A stretch of 64,000 bases of DNA from Moniliella sp. 'wahieum' (lineage: Eukaryota): contig RSEE01000008.1 in the NCBI GenBank assembly GCA_003971905.1, positions 372,001-436,000 on the forward strand, in the 5' to 3' direction. This document shows, piece after piece, positions 14,071 through 27,539 of the stretch; within the stretch, counting starts at the first letter, position 1; every line of letters starts with the position of its first letter. Below the pieces are notes generated by a model that did not search any database, had not been told where the DNA came from, and saw nothing but the letters and a program-made list of their open reading frames with translations. The position numbers were made by a program, and so were the translations under genes.

Positions 14071-16216
14071 TCAGGGCGCGAGCCAGGGCGTGTGCCTCGT
14101 CCGCCTCCTTGGGAAGGGGAGCGGTGGCTTGTCTGCGCGGTGCCCGAATCGGAGGAGCGCCCAAGGGGGGGTTGCATTCCAAGAAGAGAGGTAAGTCCCC
14201 ATTGACCCCCAGGCAGCCCGAGCAGCAGAAAGAGGGGTGCCTGTACCGTCCAGCGGAGGATTCGCGGAATTACCTTCCGACCTTGAGGAGAGAGGGGGAG
14301 GCAGGGTGTCGTTAGGGGTGTTGGAGGGAATAGGCGGCGACGCTTGCCCTAAGGCGGACGCGAACCATCGCAGCCCGGCTGTGCTCGCTGTGGCGATACC
14401 TTTGCCGAGGGCAGACGCGCGTGAATCATCCAGTGTGGCTGCTAGGCGAGCTGAGACCCCCTCGAGCATGGTTAGGCGGGCTTCGAACGGATGTCCGATA
14501 GGCCCTTGTGAATCTGGAGCCGACGTCCGCCAAAGGCGGTAGGCAGGTGTAGTTTGCAATGCACGGGTGAAAGGTTTACCAAAGTGAGTCATGGCGACGG
14601 CAACGTTCGGGTCCCTCTCCTCTCGTCCCAGACCTACGGCGGAGGGAGTGCGAGAGAATGAAGGCCTGAGTGAGTCATGCAGCGAGACCGATGAGGACAA
14701 GGGGGTATTGGGCATCGTGGCAGGTAACTTCTTGTCCTGCTGCTCCACTCGCTCTGCTTGAGCTACCGAGTGGAGCAAGCGCGTAATGTACCCTTGGAAT
14801 TGAGCGCGAAGCCAGTCGTCCGAACCGCGGTAAGATAGAGTTGCCGCTCTTTGGGGGTTACTTTCGTCCCATGTCTCAAGGAGGGCAGGGATAATCTCCT
14901 CATCCATCCAGCGCTTGTCGGCTGCAGTAAGTTGGAGCGCCCCTTGAAGCTCACTCAATGTCAAAGCGGAATCGGGAGGGGGATTGCGGAGCTTGTTCCC
15001 CAGTAAGGGAGGGCTGGTAGTCTTTCTCGTTGGCTTGCGAGCCAGTGGAGGGACAGGGACAGGTGACCTAGCCCGTGCCAGGGTGGGCGCAGCTTCATGG
15101 GAGCTTGCTCCCTTTGAAGAGGAAGGGAATGGTGGATCCGACTGTTCCTGTGATGGGCTGGGAGGCTCTGCTACTGTGATCGTCTTGGTCTCGAGATCGA
15201 CCAAGACATCCATTTGAGCTTCCTGCTGGCTCAGTAGGACCGAGTTGCTGGTCCCCACTAGCCAGGAGTGGGCTCGAAGCAGGCCAATTTGTTGGAGAGG
15301 AGGTAAGGGTGGAAAACAGCATTTCCACTAAAGAGCGGAAGGTCCCAGGTGGTATGTGTTGAGGGAGGGGTAGCGCCTGTGCACAATCATCCAGATGCGC
15401 CAACAGGCCTGGAACAAGCAAAACAAGGTCGTACTGCATCCCGCACAAGGCTTCAATCGGATAAAAAGACCATGACCCGCCGTTGAAGGAGCAGTAACTT
15501 GAGAAGCACAAGAAGGTTTGCCCGCCAATCATATACCAACTGCCGTAGGTTGGTACCCATACTCAACGTAGCATCGAGTGAGAGCAATGATATAGGCTTG
15601 TCCTCATCTCCTTGAGGGTCTTCATCCCCCGAGGGGAGGCTCAACCCCAGACCCACCAGCCCAGCATCCCCCTGGACACGAGCACGTGCATCAATCACGG
15701 ATTGGCGTAGGCTGGCCCGCAATCCGTCCTCGAGGGAAGTAGCAAAGTCGGTCAGAAGAGTGCGGTCGTTGAGATCGCCTTGGGCCAAATAGACCCTCGT
15801 GACAATGGCGAGCTTTTGCTTGACAGGAGCAAAGACGGGGGCGGAAGTGAGAACAACGACTGCCTTCTGAACCGTAGCGCGGGTCATGCTGGCGTCGCGT
15901 ACGGCCAGTTTGGATACATTCACCTGGCGGTTGCAGGCCAGCCCGTACACGGTGCCCCGACTGCGAGTGAGAGGGGCAGCGAGGTGGAAGAGACAGAGGC
16001 CCTCGTCGGATTGGTGGCTGCCATCGGGCAAGGCATAGAACGGCACCTGGTTCATCAGCTCGGCATCTTCCTGGAGCGAGGCAGGGTAGGCCCACTCCAC
16101 CTGGGGGCCTACTTGATGGTGAAAGTTGACGACGGCCACGCCGAGCACAAGAGGCTCTGTGCTGGCCGCAGCGTGGGGGGCGCATGTGCGTGCCGAGGCA
16201 AGGGCGGGGCAGGCAT
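14071..16216 (-). CDS. AVL9: AVL9/DENN-like late secretory pathway protein; start and end uncertain
   Basis: GVAVVNFHHQVGPQVEWAYP, PFYALPDGSH, YGLACNRQ, TRATVQKAVVVL, LLVLLKLLLLQRRVM, GTSNSVLL, LTAADKRWMD, YRGSDDWLRAQFQGY. Confidence 0.88.
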
Positions 16217-16802
16217 GGCGGGGCGGCAAGAGACGGGGCCGCCAGACGTCGGCGGCGGAGAGCAGAAGGGCGAAGGCGATGGGGAGGGCGGAGGGCGGTC
16301 GCTGGGGCGCTTGAAGGCTGCCTGCGGCGCACCGGTGTGGGCCGCTCGCGCGCTCAGAGACAGCGGCACAAATTGGCAACACCCGGCCTTCGTCGCATCT
16401 CAGACGGTGATCGGAGCCTCTCCCAACACGCGCACCGCCGCCAAAGCCCCCGGCCGCCCCTGCCGCGGCCCGCCACCAGCGCCCCACGTGGCCACTGCCG
16501 TGGTGCGGCTCCGGCACTCACCGGTGGCACTCACCGGTCAGCCGACGCCCCCCGTGTCGCATGTCACATGTCACATGTCACATGGCCTATGCCCCTAGTC
16601 ACTAGTGCAGTCACGCGTCATGCAGTCACTAGTCATGCGTCATGCAGTCATGCGTCACTCTCGGCGGACGCCGCTGTACACCGATTGAAATGTGCACGTT
16701 CCATCGCCATCCTGTATTCCGCCCGCCCCCCGCGCCCATCCCACCACTTCCGCCTCATGCCAGGCCCGCAGTGCCCCACCGCCACCACCTTGCTGCTCTG
16801 CC

Positions 16803-17758
16803 ATGGCGTCCGGCACACTCCAAGGCGCCGCGCTCGTGGAGCAGGCCACCTCGTCTCCCAGCCAGTTTGGCTTTGGCGAGTTGGTTGCAGAGCCCTCTGT
16901 CCGCACCCTCGCCTCCGCCCCGCCTGGCACCCCCGACGCCCGTGCTTACCAGCTTGCTCGCCTCTTTGCCTGCACCTGGACCGATTACGCTGCCTCCCCC
17001 GAGGCCTTCTCCTTGACTCCTGTGCAGGAACACAAGCTCAAGCTTCTCTCTCTCATCTCCCTCGTTGCTTCGCAGCTGGAATTGCGATATGCCGAGCCCA
17101 GGGTGCTCACTGCCTTGGGCTGTACCGACGCTCGCGGCGCCGAGGCGCTTATCGCCGATGCGATCGCCACCGGGATCCTGACAGGGCACATTGACGAGCC
17201 AAGTAAAGTGTTGTACATCGCCTTCGTCTCCACCTCCCGAGATCTGTCCACAACTCCATCCAGCAACACACCGACCTGGCAACACTTGCCACCAAGCTGG
17301 ACGCATGGGTGCAGACCATCAAACGGGCACAAGCGGCGGTGGCAGCACAAATGCAGCAGATCCGACAAGAGCCGGATGAGAAAATGGCCACCCGCCTTGC
17401 GCACGAGGAGCTTATCGCTTCGCGTATGCCTCTTGCCCTGTGGAGAGCTGCCAACAAGCCCACGTCCCAGAGCGAACAGCGGGTGTGGACCGAATCTGGC
17501 GAGCGCGGCCCACTCGGGGGTCGTCACCGTGGGATAATGGGCAAGAACCGAGCCAAACCCAAGCCGGCGTATGTCCTGGGTCTATTGCGTTGCGACCGAA
17601 GGGTCCCTATCGGGAGGCTGACTCTTTCATATTTCGTCTCGTACAGGAATCGACCGGTGGTACCAAAGGGAGGGCCTCGGATCAAGCGCTCCCGCCAGGG
17701 CCATGGGCCCGTGTCAGCCCCTGACTATGATGAGGACGATGTGGTGATGGAGGAATAA
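16803..17758 (+). CDS. COP9 signalosome subunit 7-like PCI-domain protein
   Basis: ALVEQATSSPSQFGFGEL, LARLFACTWTDY, QEHKLKLLSLISL, EALIADAIATGILTGHIDE...SRDL match the CSN7/eIF3m pattern; probable intron ~17569-17646. Confidence 0.75.
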
Positions 17759-18230
17759 GTCCCTTTTCTTGCATTATAGCGAAGCTTTATGTCACCAGAC
17801 CTTCTCACGAGGTCTCGCGGCAATCCCCAGCAATTCTAGCCGTCCGTCACCGCATTGGTGAGCATTGTATACTTACATTTTTCATTATCTTAACGACCGT
17901 GTGAGCTTTGTATCTACCTCGAGATGTTCCCCCACGTCAAGCTGGAAGAGCTGGCCGGAACGAATAAAACGCGAGAGCAGCCTCAAGCCCCGATAGCTGA
18001 TAGCTGAGAGGAGATCTGAGAGAGATGAGATTTAGATGGAATCGATGATTTCAGACGATCAGTGATTGATGAACTGAGGTGTGGGTGTTATGTCAGCATC
18101 TGACTTTCGTTCGTCACGCGTCAGTGTTTCTTCAAGGACTGCTGCTACTCCACCAACTCAGCTCTGACCTGGACTGCCGGGCTGGCTGGCCAGTGTAGGT
18201 GTGCTCTTTGTACGGTGGTTGAGCAGCCCA

Positions 18231-19976
18231 ATGTCCTTGACCCAAAACCTTGGCGTCACCCCACCCGTGTCGACGGCACCACCGACCGACGCTGAGAAGA
18301 AATTGACCGAGGAGCTGGTTACTGAGTTGCACAGGCAGGGCGTCTTTGAGTCGCCTGCTGAAAGCCAATTGAGGCAAGATGTGCTCGATAAGCTCGATGC
18401 ACTACTCAAGGAGTTCGTTTACCAAGCCTCCCTCAACCAAGGATTCCCCGAAAAGCTTGCCCGATCCGCAGGCGCAAAAGTCTTCGTCTTTGGCTCGTAC
18501 AGCCTCGGTGTCCATGGCCCAGGAAGCGACATTGACGTACTCTGTGTCGTGCCCAAGCATATCCATCGCGACGATTTTTTCCATCTATTTGTGAGCCTCT
18601 TGCGTGCACATCCAGAGGCAACCAATATCACCCCAGTGCCAAGCGCATATGTTCCAGTTATCAATGCCAAGTTCTCGGGTATCAAGATCGACTTGGTATT
18701 TGCCGCTCTCGCCTTCCCCACCATCAAGGACAACCTAGTCCTCTCCAACCCTAGCGTTCTCAAATTCATCGACCCTCCAAGCGTACGTGCCCTGGGGGGA
18801 ACGCGAGTGACAGATGAAATCCTTCGTCTGGTACCCAATGTGTCCATCTTCCGCACCGCTCTTCGAGCCATCAAGCTCTGGGCTCAACGTAAGGGGGTCT
18901 ACTCCAACATTGTTGGCTTCCTTGGAGGCGTGGCATGGGCCATGCTAACTGCCCGGATATGTCAACTGTACCCAAACGGAACGGCTTCAACGGTCGTCAG
19001 TCAGTTCTTTGTCACGTACAAACAATGGGACTGGCCGCAACCTGTCTTGCTGAAGCCGATCGAGACGGGTCCGTTGGCGATGCCCGTTTGGAATCCTGAG
19101 GTATGCTCGCCATCTGTTCGCTGCTGTGCTTGTGTGGTCCGACTAACCCTCCCCTAGCGCAACAAAAACGACCGCGAACACCGAATGCCAATCATCACAC
19201 CGGCTTACCCGTCCATGTGCGCCACGCACAACGTCTCCCTCTCGACCCAGGTGCTGATGACAAAAGCTTTTGAAGAAGCTGATGAGACGTGCCGCAGCAT
19301 CACACTTGGAACGGCAACATGGGCTGATTTGTTCGGCAAGGGCGACTTCTTTTACCGCTACACCTACTATCTCCTCGTCATTGCATCGAGTGATTCACCC
19401 TCCGCCCATCACATCTGCGGGCGCGTCGAGAGCCAGCTGAGGAAACTCATATCCAAACTGGAGGCAAGAAATAATGTTCTTCTTGCGGACCCATTTCCCG
19501 AACGGTTCGATCGTATACAAGGTGGCGAACCAAGAAGAACGTGGAGAAGTGGTAGTGGGCCGAGTACCACCTAAGGTCGCCGCACTGGCCAACTCGGACC
19601 TCGCGTTGGTGAAGAGACGGTCTGCACAACCATATTTTGCATCGGTTTGGCTGTCGTTCCCGCCGCGGGGAGAAAATGCTGGACTTCACCCAACTGAGTA
19701 AAGCTTGGATCGGTGGAGTGAAGCAGTGGAAAGACTACAACGACACATCAATGGGCGTCATGCTTAAATTGGTCAAACAGTGCGCCTCCATCCTAGCTGC
19801 TTTTGGCTATAGTAGACTAACATCCTAGCAGTGATCAGCTCCCACTTTACATGTTCGAAGACAAAAGCTCTACCCCTCATGACAAGCATGACAAGCGGGA
19901 GGATGAAGAGGAGGGGCCTGTTCGTAAGAAAGTCAAGACGGATGATCTCTCACCACTGTACGATCCCTCGTATTGA
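18231..19976 (+). CDS. PAP1: Poly(A) polymerase
   Basis: LGVTPPVS, FGSYSLGVHGPGSDIDVLCVVP, GGTRVTDEILRLVP, GFLGGVAWAML, MPIITPAYPSMCATHNV; introns ~19101-19157 and ~19780-19831. Confidence 0.96.
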
Positions 19977-20802
19977 CCTTACCTCATATGTATTCTATTA
20001 GCCCACATGTTGGCAAAAGCGTCATACTATAGTAACCTTCTCCTGTAATAGCCCTCGTCCTTCTTACCACCAACGCCTATTTCTCGCCTGCGATTGATCG
20101 TCTACGCTACTATCCTATACGCTTCAGTATGCATTGCAGGAGTCCCCATAACCGGGCGGATCAGGATGTGGCTACGCTCTCCCACTGCTGTATAGGGCCC
20201 CAGCGATCCTTGGCTCGAATCCCATTACTTCTTGGCTTCGACAGCGTTCAGCCATTGGCGAGATCCACAATGGCCTTGGATCTGGGAGACGACTATATTT
20301 CCTGAGGCAGTTGTATCTACACTGGAGACCCATGGCCCACACACACTACCTAATCACCCCAGTGGTATCTCGTCCTCTCCCCTTCCAACCAAGTCTCGCT
20401 TCAACCTATCGCCAGCCCGCAATATGTCACACTGACTACGTTGCTGTGTTCTAAGTTCAATCATTCAACACGATCGCTCTCTGGCTCAGTGATCACTGGA
20501 GCGGGTGTCGCTAAGCAAACTACCAGCCAAACACGACTTGACCAAAAATGAAGGATCGTAGGGCGGGCGAGATGAATCAGCGGTAACACGCAGCCGGTCA
20601 GCGGCAGCAGAAGCGAGCTAGACACTGTCCCAGTGCCGGTATCAAATGTGCGAGCAACCTGCTGAGTCCGCACTGGGCCAGAGTTCCGCTAGATGATGCC
20701 CCTCCCTTCCATGTCAGCGTCAGGCAGTGTGTGTAGTCTCTGTTGGCCATTTTCGTATACCACAGTAGGTATAGGCATCTCACCCCCCACCACACCACCT
20801 CA

Positions 20803-23800
20803 ATGCCGCCCACCATGACTGGCTCGGACCTGGTGCTTGGACCCGATGCCGCTGATGGTGTCGTCACCACTCTGCAGCAGCGTTTCGCGCCGACCAACCG
20901 TACTCAGCCTGGGCGCCCACCCTGGTCAGCGCCAACCCGCTCCGCATCTTGGCCAACCTCAACGACGCATCGGCCGAGACATACCGCACCCACACCTATG
21001 AAAATGCCAATTGGGAGAGGGATGGTCGCGACCAGCCGACATCCTTCCCCGCACCCGTATGAACTAGCTGCGCGCGTGTACCACTCAATGCGTCGCAAGC
21101 GCCAGTCCCAAGCTTTGCTCTACACGTGCGTATATCTCTCTTTTCATGCCTTGTTCACGTATTATAGGGCTTCTATTAACTCTTAAACTGATACAACAGT
21201 GGTATAAGTGATTCGGGCAAATCGTTTCTCTCCAAACTGGTCCAGAACCAACTGCTGCGCCTTGCACCCACATCTCGCCCTGGGAAACTCCTGGCGGAAA
21301 ACCTGCAACACGCAGATCAGATTCTTACAGCCTTCGGCCATGCCAAGACGAAAGGAAACTCGAACGCGTCACGCTTTAGCCGGTATACCGAACTGCACTA
21401 TGACACGGCTGGAAACACAACTGGAGCACGTATCTTCACATTTGGCCTCGACAGGTCTCGGGTAATTAGCTTACCCTCGTGAGGAACGTACGTTTCATGT
21501 GTTTTACCAGCTCGTCTCAGGAGCCACCCATGAAGAGAGGGAGATGCTTCGTTTGGACGACACCTCTCCTACCAGCTTTTTAACTCCTCTCGGTGCTATC
21601 GGTACGTCTCCTCATTCAGATTATCGGAACGCCGCATATGCTAACTTTTCTGTGTTCTCTCACACAGTCTCCCGGGTGGTCCATACAGTGATGACTCCTT
21701 ATGATGGACTCACTCCGTGTAGCCATGTTTGACATTGGATTCAAGCCCAAACATATTGTCTCCATATTCTCCGTCTTGTCTGCCCTTCTGGCGCTGGGCA
21801 ACATGAATTCGGAGACCAAATGGCTTCGACGCGACCTTTGAAGCGGCCCATGTGCTTAATCCAGACACACTGGCCAACGCTGCGGACCTCCTTGGGGTAG
21901 AAAAAGAAGTCTGGCCCAACCCTCACCACCCGTACTCGATGTGTCAAGAAAGAAGTCATCACTTCTCTAATGAACGCAAGCGGTTCATCGAAGCAACGCG
22001 ATACTTTGACGCGCGACGTGTATGCCACCCTGTTTGCTTTCATCGTCGAGACGGTCAACCACAAAATTGCTCCTCCTGAAACGGTAGACTCATCAAGGTT
22101 ATTGCAGCCCTCGACATCCCGGGATTTGCCTCAAACGAGGGACACTCCCTCTTCGAGTACTTCCCCCTTGGCTTTGAAGACCTTTGCAACAACCTTTTAT
22201 CCGAGATGCTGTTCAATGGTGTTAACCACTCGTGAGTTTGAAGATTCAGCCAACCCTCCACCCGGGAAATGGTAGACGACGACGTCATCTACTCAAGTCA
22301 TTCCTTCGGAAAATGGTGCGGTTGTAGAACTCCTCCGAGGAACAGTGGTGGGCAAATCGGCGGATACCGTCGTCGGGCTGCTTGGTGTCCTTGACCGCGC
22401 CGGCGCAAAAATCCGCATGGGCAAGTTGAATGAGGAGGATGATTTTCCTCTCGGCCGATTTGGATACGTTTGCCTATCAACCTCGTACATCTCAACACAG
22501 GCCATATATGCATCTTCAAGCAAGCGGAACCAGTTCGGGGTGCGGCACTACCAAAACCCCTGTGTATACTCTGTCGACCATTTCTGGCCTCCGACACGGC
22601 TTCATTTGACGCGGGCCTTGTCTCCCTCCTCCGCCATTCTCGCAACCCCTTCATTGCCCGTTTGTTTTCCGGCCCGAGTCTCGCGATTGAGACCCACCCC
22701 TTGGATGATTCGGTCATTGTCGGAGCTCAGGTTAGTGCCCGGCCACTGCGGCCCATTACGTCGTTAGGCAACCAGCGTACCCGTATGGGCGGTGAAAAGG
22801 TCGAGTCATATCTCAGCTCTGATAAGATATACGGCGTATCTCGGCAGCTCGATGCTACCCTGGTCGAAATCATTGATGCCATCGAGGTGGCAGGCACAGT
22901 TTGGTCCGTCCTCTGTCTCCGAGCCAACGAGTTATCTCAACCCAACGCATTCGACTCTACATTGGTTCGTTCTCAGGTTGCCTCACTGAACATCCCCGAA
23001 CTGATTGTGCGGAAGCAAGTGGAGTACTTTGCGGGCTTCCAACTGCACGAATTTTGCCGTCGCTATGGCAACTTTGTTGCACCAATTGCAGCTGCTGCTG
23101 GTGCTGATAATGCCCGTGGAGAAATACAGGCCTTGGCCATCGCCAACGCTTGGCAACATGGCCCTGATTACACGCTGGGTAAGAGCCAAGTATGGCTCTC
23201 GTATGCTACTTGGCGCAAGCTGGAAGACCGATTGCGTGTCATTGAGAACGAAGCCGACCCATCGGAATCCCCAAGGAGGAGACTTTGGGAGACGAGAGAA
23301 CCTCTGAGGAGCTGCCTCACAAAGAGAACCAAAACCGGATGGGCGAAGAGTATCCCCCTTCTCAGGGTGCTACCCTGTCGGATAATCTGGAATATGGTGG
23401 ACCAGGCCCGCCAGTCGAGCGAGTGAATAACTTGAATATGCCTATTCCCAAGTGGGGACAGGAGGCATATGATGATGCTAATATGGACTTCATGGGCCCC
23501 GCCGAAAGGGGAGGCGACTCGAAGGAAACCGTTGGACTCGGTGGTGATGGACAGTGAGGAGGTGAGCACACCCGTCGGGTGTGGAAGGGAGTGGTTTGGG
23601 GTTTGACGTGTTGGATCCCCAACGTTTTGATTACTACTTTCTCACACATCCACCGTCCGGACGTGATGTTTGCCTTCCGGGAAAAGGTGGCTATCTTCAT
23701 TTTGATTCTCATTGCCAACGGTCTCGTACTATTTTACATCATCGGTGTCGGCGAGATCGTGGTCCAGAGTACAACAAGGTTTGGGACTCAGGGCAGCTGA

Positions 23801-26800
23801 CAGAACATGCGAGTTCAAACAATTTTTGGGTTGCTGTGGCGGGCAACGTTTATGATTTAACCAAGTTCTACAAGGGGTCCCACTCAGGATCACCTAGTTA
23901 CTTCAGCATGACCGACGACGAGAAACTTGGTTACTTTGGGGGAAAAGACTTGACACTCTATTTTCCTGTGCCCTTTACATGGGCTGTCCTGGCCTGGTGA
24001 CAGACAAAGGGTTAGAGCTCACCTACAGTGTCAACTCTACTCAAATCATCGAGGAGGTTCCGGGGCAGGTGATCCACAAGTCCGGCGCCAGCAAGACGAC
24101 AAGGGGATTGCCCTAGCTTCGGATGATTGGTACCCCAACTCCTTTGTGCCAACGATGAAAAAGTACTACAAGGGCGGCTTCGTTTACGCTAAGAAGGACT
24201 TTGCCTCGCAAGGTAGCTACAGAAACTGGGTCTCTGTCGACAACAGCATCTACGATTTGACCGACTATATCAACTCCCAGTCACAGGCGGCCAATGCAAG
24301 CCAATGGAGCTGGATCAACCCCAGCCTGGTGAACCTATTCCGCAACCAGGGTGGCTCAGACGTGACCAAAGATTTTAAGAGCACTCTTTCATCAATGCCC
24401 AAGCTCGAGCAGACACAAACATGAACTGCCTCCAAAAGACGTTCTATGTCGGCAAGATAGACCCTCGGGAAACCCCGCGCTGCATGGTCCAAAACTACAT
24501 CCTCTCTCCTTCTCGGCTGTAATCATGCTGATCATGCTGAGCCGCTTCGTTGCAGCGTTGCAACTCACTCCCAAGCGCCTTCCGGAGCAACAAGACAAGT
24601 TTGTGGTCTGTCAAGTCCCATGCTACACCGAAGATGAGACAGCATCCGCAAGACAATTGACTCCATACGGCTCTGAAGTCGACAAGCGCAAGCCTTTTGT
24701 CATTTGTGACGGCATGATTGTTGGTTCAGGCAACGACGCCCCCACTCCCGAATTGTGCTCGACATTCTGGGAGTTGACAGTCGTGTTGATCCCGAACCGT
24801 TGCCTTTCAAGTCAATCGCTGAGGGAAGCAAGCAGCTCAACTTTGCCAAGGTTTACTCAGGGCTGTATGAGTTTGACGGTCATGTAGTACCATACATCGT
24901 AACTGTCAAGGTAGGCCGTCCCTCGGAGCGTGCCCGACCAGGAAACCGGGGCAAGCGCGACACCCAGATCCTTTTGATGAGCTGGCTCAATCGTGTCCAC
25001 TTTGATGCGCCCATGAGTCCACTCCAGCTTGAATTGACCCATCAATGCAAGAACGTGATTGGGATCGACCCCGCCTTTTACGAGTATGTCCTGACCGTGG
25101 ATGCCGATACGCGAGTACGAGAAGACTCGCTCAATCGTCTGGTTGCGGTCGCGGTAGATGACTCCAAGGTTGTCGCTCTCTGCGGCGAAACGATGCTGGA
25201 CAACGAGGAGAGTAGCTGGTGGACAATGATCCAAGTGTACGAGTACTACATTTCCCACCACTTGGCCAAAGCATTCGAGTCTATTTTTAACTCTGTGACC
25301 TGCTTACCGGGGTGCTTCACCATCTACCGCATCCGGTCAGCTGATAAGGGGAAGCCCCTGTTTATCTCCTCAAGGGTTATTGAAGAGTACAGTGAGAATA
25401 AAGTTGACACGCTTCACAAGAAAAACCTGTTCTCGCTGGGGGAAGATCGGTACCTGACTACTCTTCTCCTCAAGAACTTTCCCTCATTCAAGACCAAGTT
25501 CACCTCGGACGCCAAGTCTCTTACCTCTGCTCCAGACAGATGGGGAATCCTTCTCTCTCAGCGGCGTCGTTGGATTAATTCTACGGTACACAACCTGGCG
25601 GAGCTATCAACTATGGAAGAAATGTGTGGATTCTGTCTCATTTCCATGCGATTTGTTGTCTTCATCGACCTGGTTGGCACCATCATTCTCCCCTCGACAG
25701 TCGTGTATCTCATCTACATGATTTACATGGCTTCCACAAAGAGGGCTGCTGTACCTTATATCTCCATCGCCCTTATCGCAGCCACCTACGGTCTACAGAT
25801 CATTATTTTTCTTCTCAAGCGCCAGTGGCAGTACATTGGCTGGATGTTCATTTATGTGCGTGTTTATCTCCATTGCTGGTATAAACCATAAGAACGTACA
25901 CATGACTGACACCTTTTCGTTCTGCTACAAAAAGTTGCTGGCTTATCCGCTCTGGTCCTTCTTCCTCCCGCTCTACTCTTTCTGGCACATGGATGACTTT
26001 TCCTGGGGAAACACTCGTGTTGTGGTTGGGGAGAAGGGGAACAGGAAGATTATCGCTGGCACCGACGACGAGCCGTATCACGATTCGATGATTCCACTGA
26101 AACGCTTCAGCGAGTACCAGAACGAGGTATGGGATCAAGGAAGCGCAGCCATCGACCCTGATGTCGAACTCAATAATGTACCTGACCCAGGCGAGCTAGG
26201 AAACCCCCTGATCACCTCTTCGAGACGAAGTTTGTTGAAGGGGTCGGTTAAACGATTCTCAGCCTTGGATGAAGGGTCGATGCACAAGGCCAGCTCTGTC
26301 TATTCCGATGAGGAGTCCAAGTACGATACAGGTGACTACTACCAAACTACCAATCTCCTGCAGCCTGCCCCTCCTAGCCAGAGTCACTTCTCGGGCTCTT
26401 ACACTGACGGAAAAAGGCAAGTGCCTACTGGGCCGACCCCGCCCCAGTGGCGTGTGCCTCCAACCGTGCCAATGAGGGAAACGACCTTCGGATCATCAGG
26501 ATACGGCGTTCCACTTCAGGGATCGATGTACAGTCTCCCAGCCCCCATGCCATGTACAGTCTCCCCAGTATGGGGGCGATGCGTGCCAACCCTACCAGCC
26601 CGATGGCTACTGGACAAATAAGCGGCGTGTCCCCAATGGCTAACCCAACAACCTCAGGATTCGGGGGTATGCAGACGCCCTCTGTTATCCCTGACCTCAC
26701 ACCTCAAGCACCCACAGGAGTACCCACCTCATCCCGCCCTGTTTCGATCAATCCCTACGCCGCCCCGGCCGTCCCCCTCCGCGCGAGAGACACCGCCAGC

Positions 26801-26984
26801 CCCTCGACGGGGGATCGTCGTAGCAGTCCAAGAGTACTTGGCGCAGCAGCCATCGCTGATGACCATTACCAAGCGTACTGCTCGTGAGGCCGTTATGGGG
26901 GCCTTCCCTAATGCCGTTTCTATCAAGGGAAAGAAGACTCTCATCAATCAGGCGATCGACGACACACTCCGAGGCAAGTGTTGA
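20803..26984 (+). CDS. Chitin synthase with N-terminal myosin motor-like domain (class V-like), cytochrome b5-like and DEK_C domains; heavily frameshifted
   Basis: Myosin-like [11 protein letters not shown]-loop-like GISDSGKS (~21201), [27 protein letters not shown] motifs [45 protein letters not shown]-terminal [15 protein letters not shown]...GKC* (TGA 26982-26984). Confidence 0.95.
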
Positions 26985-27539
26985 ACCTATATTGACTTTC
27001 CCGTATCTCGATATTCTCTCTGTTTGTTTTATATATAGGAAAAGAGGGATCACAGGTCGAGACCATCAGGAATGGGCGTGGACCTCACCCCCTGGCCAAA
27101 GGATATCAGAAGGTTGTTCACCGCAAGGCGGTATACGAACAGACAACGGCAAAACGCCTGCATGTGAAAAAGAGGGCGGGAGAAGGAAAATTGCATCTTG
27201 AACTGTTTTGGAACCGCCGGAACGGAAAGCTTCAGTATCAACACACAGCATACTGCTTCAGTACAACTCAGTCTGCGTACTCGTACTCACAGCACCCAGT
27301 ACACTCAATACTCAGTCGTTCAGCCGTTCAGTAAAAGGCATGAAAAACGAGTGGACCCACCTGTATACGAGTGGGGCGAAGAGTATGGCGACGGTGGTAA
27401 GGAGCCAACAGGTAAATAGAACAGAGGAAGAAGCACTCCAGGCGAAACGGGCGATGAATGGCCTCGTGCGGATGCGGGTATACGGCGCCAGCTAGGTAAG
27501 CGATCATACTATATCTTCTCCCTTCCATGCCACAACAGC

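Noticed and set aside
20100..20740. Small gene between PAP1 and the chitin synthase
   Set aside because: Only short ORFs without convincing starts or recognisable domains.
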